64,000 bases of DNA, taken from the NCBI GenBank assembly GCA_023920165.1, contig CP089274.1, forward strand, positions 4,216,001 to 4,280,000. The letters are read 5' to 3'. This document shows, piece after piece, positions 51,385 to 64,000 of this stretch. Below the pieces are notes generated by a model that had not been told where the DNA came from, did not search any database, and saw only the letters and a list, made by a program, of their open reading frames with translations. Origin of the DNA: Curvularia clavata (lineage: Eukaryota). Numbering within the stretch: position 1 is the first letter of the stretch; every line of letters begins with the position of its first letter. Both the position numbers and the translations under genes were made by a program.

Positions 51385-52305
51385 TCATGACCTCTTCTCT
51401 CGTCTCTCTGCAAGCGTATAGAATATACTGCCATCATAGATGCCCCGAATATCCTCCTTCATCATTCTGCCGTCCTCGGGCCAGAGCATGATATATGTGG
51501 CAATCCCTACTCATGTCAGCAAGACAGTCTGCAAAGAATAGTCCTGATATCGACCTACATTCAAAGAATGCACCACCCCAGCCAATCGGATCAGCAATGC
51601 ACCGTTGCCCCTTAAGCACGTTACTGACATCCCATATCGTCAGATAATCCCTTCCGTCCGCATATTTGGCAAAGATGTCTTCAAATTTCTGCGGCAAAAA
51701 GCGTCCTTCGGTATCGTATGTCCCGGTGTCGCTACCATGCTTGTCTTTGTGTACATTCTTAAGAAAAAGGCCTGCGATGATGATTTTTGGAGTGAGTATG
51801 AGTCTCACGCAAAGTGTAAACTGGAGTTCTTACGAAAGAATGGGTCGGGCAACCATCCGGAACACGTCGGGTAGGAGAAATTGCTGTGAATAACGAAAAC
51901 CGCGATGATGGATAGAATGATGCCAAAACCAAGCCGGTGGAAGCCGACAAACGTATCCTGTGGCCAAAGAATGCCATCGTGGTCGCGGTCAAAGAAGTCG
52001 CAATGTTGTTGGAGAACGGTCTGATGAGAGTGCTGCTCTTTCCAACCTTTGGTGCCTTGGGGGGATTCTGCCGATGGGGCGAGATTCGCGCGGGCAGTGC
52101 CTGGTCGTATTAGTGATATAGCTGCGGATTATTCTATCTGCGAACATGTACCTGCGTGTTGAAGCCCCGAGCCTTTCGGGTTGATGAATGGTTTTCGTTG
52201 TTCGGTGATAGGTACATCGTGAATGGAACGCACAACCCCATCATTTCCGTCTGTGAGACGCTCGGAATGCCTCATGATTTCAGACATGCTTCTAGTGTCA
52301 GACAT
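51385..52305 (-). CDS. Caleosin / peroxygenase; introns 52101-52151, 51772-51833, 51507-51558
   Basis: GTARANLAPS, TVLQQHCDFFDRDHDGILWP (EF-hand), proline knot, HKDKHGSDTG, FEW.ATY and IRGIYDGSIF. Confidence 0.93.
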
Positions 52306-52486
52306 GTTTTTACTCGTCGAAAGATTGCGAACATCAAAATTGAGAAATTGAGAAGATATGAGACGACTCGCAAATATAGCCATGCCATTCTGCGCTCATG
52401 GTACCGTCATTTGCTTTTAACATGACGTCATGCCATGTGAAAACAGTCGCATCCCAGTCTCGCAAGTTTGAAACCATGCGTAACTA

Positions 52487-53960
52487 CGGAGGTGCATCTC
52501 AAAAGTTTTGTCTGCCAAGAAAAATCCCACCGAAGTCTGGCCGCCTAAGCTAAGATCTACCTCTCCCTTCTATATACTCATTACCACCTTCTAGGTCAAT
52601 TATCTTTGGAATGTGTACAAGAATACGCTCAATCCAAGCTTAGATCTTAGCTTGTGGGAGATCTCTCCAGCAATTTAGCCAGATTCTAGTTGCCTCAGCT
52701 CTTGACTGTGGGGCTCCTTTCTTAGTAGTCTCTCTTTTCATGTAGAACTAGCATGGCTCAATACAGTTACAGTCTGGAGAGTTGCTAGGCCAAAGTAGTC
52801 TCTCGACGCTTGACAGACTATAGACAACATTCTGATACTGGTGGGCGTGTCCAGGTGCCTTATCCTCCATAACTACGGTCTGAGGCCTGTCTTAGAGGCA
52901 CTCTTTAGCGAAAGGAATCAGCTTTGGAATTAGAACGTAGTTCTGATATCTCTACCAGTCTATACCACCTCCAGACGAACGTACTAGCTTGCCTGTCGCC
53001 TCTATCCATCTCCATTGAGGTTTTCTGCCAGGCTTGTTACGTAGCCCTGTCCTTCTCATAGACGTGGACAGCTCCCACTCCTCTCGCTGGAGAGGCTTAA
53101 GCTCAGCGTTAAGCTGCTTAATCTTCTGAGCAGCGTCTTTTTTCTCCACGTTTGTCTCTGGCTGATAGACATGGCATGGACCCTTTTTGTTATACGAGAA
53201 ACAGCCCTAGAACATGAACTCCGAGTATCCCTTCCACCTCTCACGGATACAGCTTTTAACTACTCTCTCATCTACTTTTCTCCAGATTCTATAGCCACCA
53301 CGCCGGTGGTTAAGTACGACAGACGTCTCGTCTGTCCAGATGACATTCTTCCAGTCTTCTAATGTCCAGTCCTTGTGGTCAAGCGCCTACTTAAGACGAG
53401 CACTCCTCATCTCCTGTGTCAGTCCAGGCTTCCTCGTCGGCTTGGTCTTTCTGTATCTGGCTTCTCTTAGTACTCTCCACACTGTAGTGCGTGATATATT
53501 GACTCCTTGAAGACTAAGAGCACCAGCAACGTCAGCGCAGCTCTTCTCCCGTCCGTATCTATCACGTCGTACTTGTTGGATTATCTGCTCCTTCGCCTCT
53601 TCTGTCTGCTTCAAAGGTCGGCCAGAGCGGGGGGCGTCTTGAACGTGGTGTGGGAGGATCTTAAGAGGAAGAGCGTTTGGCTCAAAGCCTGCAGCGATAG
53701 CTCTACTATAGATACGATCGACTGTACGAGGTTGGACACCAGTTAGGCCAGAGACTTGTGACGTAGTCTTGCCAATAGAAGGAGACTTCAATGCGACAAT
53801 CAAAGTCCGAGTATATACATCAGTATGAGGAGCCATTGTAAGAAAATATCTACGTAGGCATCAGTAACTTAGCTCAGCTCAAAGGTGGGAGCTGCGCCAA
53901 GAAGAGTTGCGCCGAATCGCCGAGCTTAGCGTGAGACAAAACTTTTGAGATGCACCTCCG
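52487..53960 (-). mobile_element. Full-length Tc1/mariner (DD34E) DNA transposon, 1474 bp, RIP-inactivated
   Basis: Perfect 27-bp TIRs (cggaggtgcatctcaaaagttttgtct at 52487-52513; reverse complement at 53934-53960) with TA on both sides. Confidence 0.96.
52550..53836 (-). pseudogene. Tc1-type transposase pseudogene (429 codons, in-frame stops, no net frameshift)
   Basis: PRSGRP, WTDETSVVL and MEDKAPGH-(34)-NSPDCNCIE. Stops near 53387, 52952, 52749 and 52640 are TAG/TAA, consistent with TGG/CAA changed by CpA>TpA mutation. Confidence 0.93.
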
Positions 53961-53985
53961 TATATTGTCACACTACATTCTCTAC

Positions 53986-56038
53986 TTATCGTATCCTTCT
54001 GTTTAAACTTATGACCTCCTCTAGCGTCCCAAATCCCGTTAGCACAGTGTTATGTCTATCGCTGTTCTCGCTATCGCCTCTCTCACACTCCTGCTCTTGC
54101 TCCTGCTGAATTTCCCCGACAATGAGGGTAAGTTCTTTCAGCTCTTCTGAAAAGCGGTTCTCGCCGTCTTTATGAAAGTACCAACCACGCTTAGCTGCAT
54201 CATAAAGTGTTCTACTAGCTCTTGTTGCGCAAATAGTATCGAGGAAGTCGTCATGTGCCGCGCCACCGTTCTCGTTCAGCGCGAGCACGCCCAGTAAAGT
54301 GATGACTCCAGTGATTACTAGTCCAAGCCCATAAGGAATGAAAATGTTCAACTTCTCGTTAAATGTGTACTTGTTGACATATGGCCTTTCGATGATGAGG
54401 GATTCGTTGGTTTTCCAGCGATCGGGAGCGAGAGAGACGAGAGATAATGTTACATCACGGAAGAGTTCTGCAAGACCTTCAGATGTGATGTCGAATTGGA
54501 CCAAGGTATCATTTCCAACAAACTTTGCGTTGACGAAGCGGCTTTGCAATATAAGTGTCCCATTGTAAGCCATGAAGTTATCTGTGGCTACTGCATGTTA
54601 GAAATATGGCGAATGAGGTAAATTGGGAGATGAAGACTCAACTAATACTTGCTGCTCCTTTCAGGGCTGTGAGGATTGCATCTCGAAGTGCACTTCCTTG
54701 AGCAAACTCGTACTCAGATGGCAGGTCTCTGAGTGGCGGGAAATCTGGGGTAGGATTAAAATGCCTGTAGAAACTAGACTGGAATCCAGATGATAATGAA
54801 TTGCCTGGTTTTCGGCCGATATGGCGTATTATTCGTGTGCTGTTTTCAAAGGTCACGTTGACAGAGTACTCCGCAAATGAAGTTGAACAGTTTAAGAATT
54901 TAGGTTCATCGCTCTTTGTCATGTTACCATCTGATCGCCTGAATTGCACTGAAGGGTACCAGCCGATGTGAAAGATGTCTTTGCCAAGTTCGGGTTCACT
55001 GGCTTCGTAAATGAGTCCTTCGTCGACAGGTTTCGAGAGCAGTTGCGTTTCTGTCGCCCGTAGTTCGGCGCAATTAATCATGGTCCCTTTGAGATCTAGG
55101 TTGTAGGTGCAGTTTGGCGATTTGTAAGGTGAGGTAGACTCGAGGCATTGATTCGACCATGGTAAAGCACCACTACCCATTAAAGTTTGTTGGGCAATCC
55201 GGGAAAGGTTTGGTTTGGGATACCTAGGAATGTAAGTCTACTATTTGGCGTCATCACCTACGAAACTAGGTTTTACCTACATGTAACCAAGGTCAGAATT
55301 CATGTAGAACAGTCCGTTACTTCTGATACTCTCTAGTGAGCCGTCTCCATAGTCTAGAATTTTGAATGCGCTCACATTGGCGACTTGATCAGGTGGTCGA
55401 GGCAACAGGCCAGGAGCTAGGTTGAGAGCCGAAGGGGGGAAAGTTGCTGCAATAGGCAGCATCACGCAAACCAGGCCAATGGTTGCTTCTACTGGTGCTT
55501 TTTGAAAGACACTGAAGTGAAACAGATTGCTGAGATTATGTGGGAGAGTATAAACGCGATTTATAGTGGTAGCTTTCATTGGGGACCTTCGAAAAAGGCG
55601 CCAGACACGTTGACTGTATGCAATGCTAACGCAGCTCAAACATGAAAGCTCGAACGCTATAGCTAGCATATTCGAAATGAAGGTCTGTGTCGATTGAGAC
55701 AGCGTCTCATCAACTGCCTTTGTATCGAGCCAGTAGTAGAAGCCAACATGGATGCCTGATATGACTAATGCTGTCCGAGAGAGTAGTCAGATACAGGGTA
55801 TTGGAGACTAAGGAGCGAAATAGTGTAGACGATGCGCAATATTCCAGTACCTACCAATTGTGTAGAAAGAAAGCATTGAAGCCACTGTAGTCCCGCCAGC
55901 AAACCATCGCAGGAGTCGGTATGTGTGAGGCTGACTGTCTGCCACAGGAGATTCATGTGAGCTATATGTCTTAGGACGGAATCGGAGCTGAGGTAAGAAA
56001 CCCAGTGGAATAGACCGTTTATCCATAGTCGCGGGCAT
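53986..56038 (-). CDS. Multi-exon fungal membrane protein of unknown function; introns 55771-55854, ~55224-55280, ~54592-54648
   Basis: Four co-linear exons. N-terminal TMs with H..FY..L, AYSQRVW and P.A..FPP.AL; C-terminal PYGLGL..G..AL..NG. The third donor is uncertain. Confidence 0.72.
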
Positions 56039-58706
56039 GTTTTGTGACAAAATCGTTACTCTAGATATAGAGAGAGGTTGTTGCCTTTTATCATTCTGAT
56101 GCTACTGCTAAGGCCAAGAATTGCTCCAATATGCTAACCGACTCTCGGACATGCCAAGCGAGGTCTCGATTCACAGGTGGAAAATGCCGTCTGATTAGCC
56201 ATTCCAAGCTGATCTAGGCACTGGAAGATAACAAGTGGCCTAGTTGCTGGCTTTGACCGCGCCTCAAGATCCGGGCTCTGCCATGTACGCAGCCATAGAT
56301 CTCGGTCGTGGATATGAGTTACCTGTGATCGCGGGGATCCGGCGAGGTACGTAGTATAAGTTCAGCCCCAGCTGAACCACTTCTTCCGAGTACATTATTG
56401 GCTGAATCAAAGCATTGGTGCATCCACTTTGGCTTAGGGACAACACCTTGAAGACTACGACATGCGGCAGCGTCCCGATCCGTACGACCCAAAGCACTAT
56501 CCTCGCGGTCCATGAACTGCCACGGTTTATGTCAAGTACTGTGTCGTGCAAGGCGCTGCGCGTGTAGCACTAGGCTACTCAGTATTAATTTAACTATACT
56601 CCAATTCCTACTCATGCATTTCAAAGGCTGAGACTACTGATTTATCCATTGAACATTGAAGTTCAAGCCGTGATAAGATAGAAAGAGACCAAATATCTAG
56701 AAACTTCAGTCACTCTTGGCAAAGCCTCAAGGGCAGCCACATCGGCTAATAGACATCATGGACTTCAGCTGAAACTTCCAAGACTCTTCAGCTGAGTATT
56801 CGTATCATCCCAAGGGCATTGGAGGGTGTAGCTTCAAGGTAACTACCAAGCCACAAATTTCAGCGTGCAGTGTTTGAACAGCCAGACTTCTGCATGGAAA
56901 CTTTGCCAATGTCCCATGTGCCGACCAGCAGTATCACTTGGTGTACACGTCGAATTCGGAACAGGAGTTAATGATGCGCTGCATATAACTCCTAACCCTG
57001 CACTTAGCAGCATTCATGCTTTACGCGAAATTCACAGTCGCACACTGCCTGTAGTTGTATGAGCAGGACAACGTCCACTGCCTGTAGCTCAATCGTGCCG
57101 CTTTTATGTACATCATCTGTGCCATGATCGCCATTCACAATGAGCCGAAGCTCTTCGGAGACCTCGAACGATATCAGCTGTGCGATAGCGGATTCCATTT
57201 TCTCATAGCACTCATTTCCTTCTGGCATATACAAAATTCTTCTTATCACCATGCGTCTAGCGCATCTTTATCTCTACACAGCTCACAAAATGCACCGATA
57301 ACACTGACAGCAAAGAGAACAACAAATTTCACATTCACATATAAACCGTAAGCAAACACGCAAACAACAAAATAAATTGCTCATAGATCGCAAGAAAACT
57401 CCCTAAAAACAAGAAATGTGACAACCAACGCCAAATACTACGCCACACCAACTCAACTTCATCAACAGTTTTAACAAAGACGTCCCCGTCGCCTTTCGCA
57501 GCCATCCCGAAACACACATTCACCTTCCTCGCCGCCGCAACCCCCAACTTTCTTTCGTGTTCTCTGCATGATTCCTCGCCATCTCCGCACCCGCCGCCGC
57601 AAACTCATCGAGCAAGAAATGCAATACACTCTACTTCCTACCGTTGCCATACCGAAATCCCTCGTCCCTGTGTTCTTCCAGGCCAGTTGCCGAATCATGC
57701 CTTACATAGCTTTCATCACAAACATCATCGTTACCACCCTTCTGCTGCACCGAAGGCGGCGCCCCGTTTTTAAGAAAGACATACAACGCCGAACTATCTT
57801 CTTCAGCTTGCCAATCTGAGATGCTGATTTCTGGTGCGGGCCCCGAGACTGGTTGGCGGGGCGTTTTTGGCCGCGGACAAGGAGGTAGTACTGGCGGTGA
57901 TGGTGGATAAGAGGCTCGTGGGCAAGGGTTCGAGGATGTGGTGGATGGGCGTGGTGAGGCTGGTGGGTTATAGTGGAAGGAAGTGCCACGGACGGGTAAG
58001 CCATCTTGCCGCCGCCATTCCTCGACAAGGAAGTTAATTGCCGATGCACGAGATTTGGGGGAAGTCGAGGAAGTCGAGGATGATGAGGATGGTGGAGACA
58101 TCTGGCCTTGGAGGACTTGTTGTACTCTCGACTCTCTTGTTGTGCTGACAATCTTCTTCAGGCGCTTGGAGGATGTTGTATGCGCTGCTACCGTCGTGTC
58201 CTGACGTGCGGTGTTGCAACAAGTTAGAACTTGAATTTGGGTATCTAGATTCGATGCCTCGGGCAATTGTTTACTGGGAAAAGCGGCTGCAGTGGTAATT
58301 TGAACTTTTTATCTTGTTCCTAGACTTCGCTGTGAGTGCACTAGGCACTCGAAAAGTGAAACTTTGTGAAGAATACATGGTTGGATGACCATGACAGAAT
58401 CAGGAGCAGTGGTGAATTGATGTTCTTGCATTGGAACTTTCACACGGGAACTCCTATATTGGAACCCGATTGAATTAAGAGTTCTTATGGTAAAGCACAA
58501 CACTATACCACACATATTTTCTGTTGTTCAAACTGTCACCATCATGTCGCTTACAGAAAAATGATATCTTGCTTTTGACTGGCCAAACCTCTGCCAAGAA
58601 AAATACCCAAGGACATATCACAATTCCAGAGATGCTGAAAGAACGCCGGTTGACCCACAAATATTGACAACGAATAAGGACGAACACAAAACATTAGCGA
58701 TTCAGC

Positions 58707-60899
58707 TCAACGACCGGACCTGGCCTTTGTTTGAGCTCTGCGTTCCTTGGCCGTTTCTATCACATAGTTAGCTTTTGTTGCAGCATTGACAACTGGAATT
58801 AACTTACTCTCATCATAGACCAGGAACTCATGGAGTGCGCTGCCGGCGGGAACCATAGGCAGAACAGGAACCTTCTGGTCTGTCACAATCTCCAGGAGGG
58901 CCGGGCCTTCGGTTGCGAGCAGCCACTTAAGCGAATCTTCGAGGTCTTCAATCTTGACGCAGCGCTTGGCTTGTACACCCATGGCATCGCCCAGCTTGAC
59001 GAAGTCGGCGTTACGCTGGTGCGTGTGGGAGAAGCGATCAGTGTAGAAGAGGGTTTGCCATTGAGTGACCATACCCTGCTCTTCGTTGTTAAGGATGATG
59101 ACCTTGACACCAATGTTGAACTCGGCTGCGGTCGACAGCTCCGTTAGGGTCATGCTGAAGGACGAATCGCCGTCAATGTCAATGACGGTGCAGTCTGGTC
59201 GTGCCACCTTGGCACCGATGGCCGCTGGTAGACCGTAACCCATCGTACCAAGACCACCCGAGGTGATCATGGTGCGTGGGTACCGCCAACGGAAGTGCTG
59301 AGCGCACCACATCTGATGTTGACCAACTCCAGTAGTGAGAATCGTCTCTTCTTTGCGGTCGGCTGTGAGGTCCGAAAGCTTCTCCATGATGGTCTGGGGC
59401 TTGATCAAACCATTCTCACCCTCCTTCTCATAAGCCCAAGGGAAACGCTTTTTCCATTCGGCAATCTGGCCCAGCCACTCGGGACGGTCCTCGACCTTGT
59501 TTACGAGGGGCAGGAGCTGCTTCAAGTTGGTACCAAGGTCGCCTTCCACAGCCTCGGTCGCTTGTACAACCTTGTTGATGTTCTTTGGCATAATCTCAAA
59601 GTGAATGATTCCTCCGCGACCTTCAGCTGCAGCAGCCTTGGCAGCGGGAGCAAACTTGGAGATGGCACCTGTGATACGGTCGTCGAAGCGGGCGCCAAGA
59701 GCGAGGATAAGGTCGGCTTCCTGCATGGCCATGTTGGCGTAAGCCGAGCCGTGCATGCCCAACATATGCAGGGACTTGGGGTCGAGCTCATCAAAACCTC
59801 CGAGACCCTGCAGGGTGGTAGTCACAGGAATGTTGACCTTGTCAGCTAGTTCCTTGAGAAGGCGAGGACCGTCCTCCGTTTGCAAGATACCCTGACCGGC
59901 ATAGATGACGGGCTTCTTCGCCATGTTGATAAGGTCGGCAGATCGCTTGATAGAGTGGTCCAATTGCTGCTTGCTCAGTTCCCTGGCGGCAATGGTTGCG
60001 GCGCTAACGGTTGTGGGGAGAGAGCTGCTCATGGGAATAGCCCTTTGGAGAACACTGGCGGTGACATCTTTGGGCAGGTCGACAAGAACGGGTCCTGGGC
60101 GGCCGCTGGTAGCAATCTCGAAAGCCTCGTTGATTCTCCGGGGCAGTTCGGCGACGTTCTTGACGAGGACATTCCACTTTGTGCATGGTCTTGTGATGCC
60201 GACCATGTCAGCCTCTTGGAAAGCATCCGAGCCAATTGCGCTGGTAACGACCTGACCACAGAAGACAACCAGAGGAGTTCCATCCATGAGCGCATCCTGC
60301 ATGGGTGTGACGACATTGGTGGCGCCGGGGCCCGAGGTAACGAGGACAACACCAGGCTTACCGCTGGCACGGGCGTAACCCTCGGCCATGTGGCCGGCAC
60401 CTTGTTCATGTCGCGGAAGGATGAAGTCGAAGTGTTTTGACTGGTAGATGGCATCGAATACGGGGAGAATAGCGCCGCCGGGGTAACCGACTAGGGAAAG
60501 TTAGTATATTTGCGGAGTGCGTCAAGAAAAAAAGATGAAGAAGGAAAACGGCATACAGATGTGCTTGACGCCCTGGCGGAGCATCATCTCATGGAAAATC
60601 TGTCCACCAGTCATGCCCACGAACGAATGGTCCATTGCGGGCGACCGGTACTGCTTCAATGGCTGGACACTGTCATAGTCATCGCGATTGAAGGCGGGCG
60701 ACGGTCTTGAGCGCGATTGCGACTGTGTGGCCGCCGCAGCGGTACTCTGTGAGCGCTTCGCATCTTCCTGGGGAACCTTGCTTGTGACAGCCTGAGCAGA
60801 CCTGCGGAAAGGCGAGACGCCTGCTTTCTGTGGGGTGGAGGAGAAGCAACGGGAGCCTTTGAGAGCATTGATGGCTCGCGTGCGTGACTGGAGCATCAT
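58707..60899 (-). CDS. ILV2: Acetolactate synthase catalytic subunit, mitochondrial; introns 60491-60556 and 58757-58807
   Basis: Mitochondrial-type presequence, FGYPGGAILP, RHEQGAGHMAEGY, TSGPGATN, TSGGLGTMG and the GDSSF..NN TPP motif. Confidence 0.98.
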
Positions 60900-61025
60900 T
60901 GTGAAGGCGGGCGTGCACGCGGGGGCACTGTATAAGCACAGCAGACGCAGGGCAAGGAAAGAGGGCGACTGCGGGACGGAAAAAGCACGGCGGCTGGAGA
61001 GAATTAAGTAGGAGGCGAGGGCTTT

Positions 61026-61032
61026 TGAGTCA
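61026..61032. promoter_or_regulatory. Gcn4/CpcA-type site (TGACTCA) ~127 bp upstream of the ILV2 start
   Basis: Exact TGAGTCA in the ILV2/TPR divergent intergenic region. ILV2 is a known general-control target in yeast. Confidence 0.55.
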
Positions 61033-61268
61033 ATCCGCGTGTTCGCCGCTCACGACAACCGACGGCCTGCTCGTGGCGCATATGAAAAGTCAGTGGGGTC
61101 CAAGGTTGGCATAGCTGGCGCTGTGATTGGCCCGTCCCCGCAATCGCACCGTACGCTGCCGAACATCGGAGCAGGGAGGGCGCGGTTGCTGTGCTGACAT
61201 CGCCAACTCTCCTCTCCACCACAAACGCGGCCCGACCACCCATTCTCTTGCTCGCTCCACTCCGTGAT

Positions 61269-62676
61269 ATGCAGGCCCCCGCACGACGAGGTCATGGTCG
61301 TGCGGCGTCTGGCCATGAGCGCCGTGCTGGCATCGTCCGCCGCTCGACAAAAGGCCCGCTCGACGTCGACGACACAGTCATAGACGAGTATGCCCGCCCT
61401 CTCTCACCGGCGAACGACCACTAGGTAGCCAAGAGACAGAAAGGTGCTTACACGGCCATGTAGCCCCCTCGCCGAGACTTCTTCTCTTCCCGCTGCCACT
61501 GTCACGCCCACAGCCAGCCTGCCCTCACGCCTCCGCTCGCCAACCCACGCCGACTCTTCCCCGCATCCTCCGCAAGAGGCGCCTGCGGGCCGTCCCAGTG
61601 CCATTGACGACATGCCCTCCAAGGACTTTTCCTTCATGCAAGATCCCCAGGCCTACCATGTCCTCCCCGTCACCGGTGTTCCCCCTCCTTTCCTCAATGC
61701 GTTTCATGCTCCGCCCGTCTCGTCGCCCATAGACACCCTCCTGTACTCGGGCCACTACCGCCTTGCTGCCATTGCTGCTGCTCGTAACCTGGTCTCTGCT
61801 GCTCCGGGCGACTATGATACCCTCTTCCATCTCGTCCACGTACGTCTGGCTTGTCTCTGTCTTCTTAATGAGCATGCGCTTGCTGCCCAAGAGTCAAAGG
61901 TCCTGGGCGATCTGGGCAGCGCCTTCTATCGACACCCCCTTACAAACGTCCATTTGGTTCCCTGGGAACTGCGCTTGCTCGTCGTTCGATTAGCCGCCCT
62001 GGGCTATGGCGAGTGGCGCAAGGGCATCATGGGCTACTACGAGCTTGCGCGCGAATGCAGAGAGAACATCATCAGAGGGCCCGAAGCCGATAAGAAGCTT
62101 TGGAGATCGCGGTTGCGCGACTGCGGTGTCCGTGTTGCAAATGTCTTGGTCGAGATGGGCGATCTCGAGGGCGCAGCACGGCACTTGACGACGCTTGCAG
62201 GTGACGATAGCCAAACAAGGGAAATTGCCCTCATGGAGACTCTGGTGTGGCTGCGCATGGGTCATGTGCAGGCTGCCCGGCTCTGTCTGGCCCGCGCCTC
62301 AGAAGCGTCGCCAGATGAGCTTGTAGATGGCACGCTCAATGCTCTGATTCAGCTCGCAAACTCCGACTATCAAGCTGCTGTGACGTCTTTGCAATCTCTC
62401 CATGAAGAATTCCCAGACGATGCCATGGTAGCCCAAAACCTAGCCGTGTGTCTGCTGTACACTGGCCACATATCCGACGCCAAGACCATCCTGAGCGATC
62501 TGGTTGACACCAGTCCGCCCTTCCATTCCCTGGTCTTGAATCTGAGTACCGTCTTTGAGCTTTGTACAGAGAAAAACCGGGAAAAGAAACTGGCTCTGGC
62601 TGAAAAGCTGGCCAGTAGAAAAGAAGGTGCAGGCGGAGTGGGCTGGGAACTCTCCAATGCCGAGTTTAAGTTGTAG
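61269..62676 (+). CDS. TPR protein, TRAPPC12-like; intron 61388-61463
   Basis: Spliced RRSTKGPLD..DDPLAE, then VPWELRLL and NLAVCLLYTG..FELCTE TPR-type motifs. Confidence 0.78.
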
Positions 62677-62750
62677 TAATTTAGCCAGCGAATTGGATAC
62701 CCTCAATGTAAAATATTCAGATCGAATTCGTCTTGCAATCAATTGTTGTA

Positions 62751-63950
62751 TTAATCTCCCGACGATCTTCGCAAATCCAGAATGTCCGACAACGGGACGT
62801 TGCCCTTGCCACCCCACCCTGCCGCTCCTGGAGCCACCTTGGGTCGAACGTGGACATACCAAGACCATGCCCGTTTGTCCAAGTCCTCTTTACTCAGTAT
62901 TTTTGCCCATGATTGGTATAGAAGTTCCAATGCTCCCAGTAATAAACCCAGATTTCGTTCTTTTTCTGCTGCAATACTAGCCGCGCTTCTTCTCACCTTC
63001 GGTTTTGTTGGTGTGTCGTCTTCTTTCTTGATATTATCTGCTGGTGGCTTCTCAAATGCGCGCATCAGGTACGCCCTCGCGCTCTGTGCATTGTAGATTG
63101 GCAGGTTGTCTTGTCCGCTTTTGGGCGGTCTTAATGCACCTGGTTGGTTCGCCTTCTTCAACGCCTCGAGATCAACCCCCCAGAGTGCTGGCTCCTTCCG
63201 TTTCTCATCAACTGCCGTATCGGGCGAAGACTTGATAGTGCTTTGAGTCGCATCGCTTTCATCCTCCCATTCGTACCCCCATCGCTTCATAACCCGTATC
63301 TCGCGCGTCATGACACGAACAAGTGGCTGTCCCTCACCCCAACCTTCGTCTTCCGCAGACTGCCCTTTTGCTAGCCCGATATACGCTGCCTTTGTCTTAC
63401 TGTTCATAGAAGTCACTGCTTGCGCCAGACTTAGTCTACTCGATATTGGTTGCTCGGGCATCGTGTACTTGATGAGTGTTGTGGCGAAAGCAAGCACTAG
63501 AGGCGCGCGATTGGTGTAAAGCACCGTTGCCTTCAACACATCTTCATTCATTTCGGGATCTGGCAGCGCAAGCGATGCCTCAAGTGCGGCGCCAGTGAGG
63601 GGCTGGCCATACGTCGGTTTCGTCCTCTTCGCTGGTGGCGCTGACGTCGCTGCATCTCCTTGGTCCGCCGACCGCTTTTTGGACACACGTTTTGCCGCAT
63701 TGAGGCATTGTCGCGCTGCTTTTTCGTCGTCAAAAATTCCCTTGAGCGTTTCAAAATCGGCTTTTGATAGGTCCAGAGCGCTGCGCCGTGTTAGGGGCGT
63801 GGGCAAACGCGGTGTTACGGTATCACGTGCTTACGTGTTGAGCTGCGCCGCCTGCAGAGTGGGGATCTTACTCATGGCTTGCGCGAGGGGGACTTTGGCC
63901 TCTTGTGATAAGAAGCGAAGCAGTGCAGTGACATCGCTGGCAGAAGACAT
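62751..63950 (-). CDS. Conserved fungal hypothetical protein; intron 63781-63834
   Basis: Exon 1 MSSASDVTALLRFLSQEAKVPL spliced to an ORF with TNRAPLVLAF, SRLSLAQAV and AWSWYVHVRP..GWGGKG. Confidence 0.8.
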
Positions 63951-64000
63951 GTTGCACGAATTGGTTGACAATCTGTTTCGTTTGTCGTGGCCGAGCGAGG

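Noticed and set aside
57631..58266. 211-aa Pro/Ser-rich minus-strand ORF
   Set aside because: Non-ATG start and low complexity. It may be part of an orphan gene, but exon structure is unsupported.

Overview
Eukaryotic DNA from a filamentous ascomycete. Short GT-AG introns with CTAAC/CTGAC branch points, an intron-containing tRNA and RIP-type mutations in transposons support this; a Dothideomycete/Pleosporales-like origin is my inference. I can support about 28 protein-coding genes. Conserved genes: QDE-2-like Argonaute, GNAT, Egt2-like PLP lyase, GPHR/GPR89, Usp protein, zuotin, GRIP golgin, SRPK, GH16 Crh, RING-CH ligase, caleosin, ILV2 and a TPR protein. An orphan- and secreted-protein-rich stretch runs from about 32.3 to 58.5 kb. 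The window also holds tRNA-Ala(CGC) and two TIR-bounded DNA transposons. Three observations stand out. (1) The Argonaute is head-to-head with a spliced ISG12/IFI6 (6-16 family)-like gene, a possible co-regulated antiviral/dsRNA-response pair. (2) Three enzymes with predicted signal peptides (ADC-fold protein, GMC oxidoreductase, aldonolactone-oxidase-like flavoprotein) form a tight cluster that could be an extracellular sugar-to-lactone-to-ascorbate-analogue pathway. (3) A 2.3-kb Fot1/pogo element appears to have landed in the stop codon of the GPHR gene and carries an NLR-type ankyrin fragment in place of its DDE domain. All gene models were read by eye; no database searches were run.
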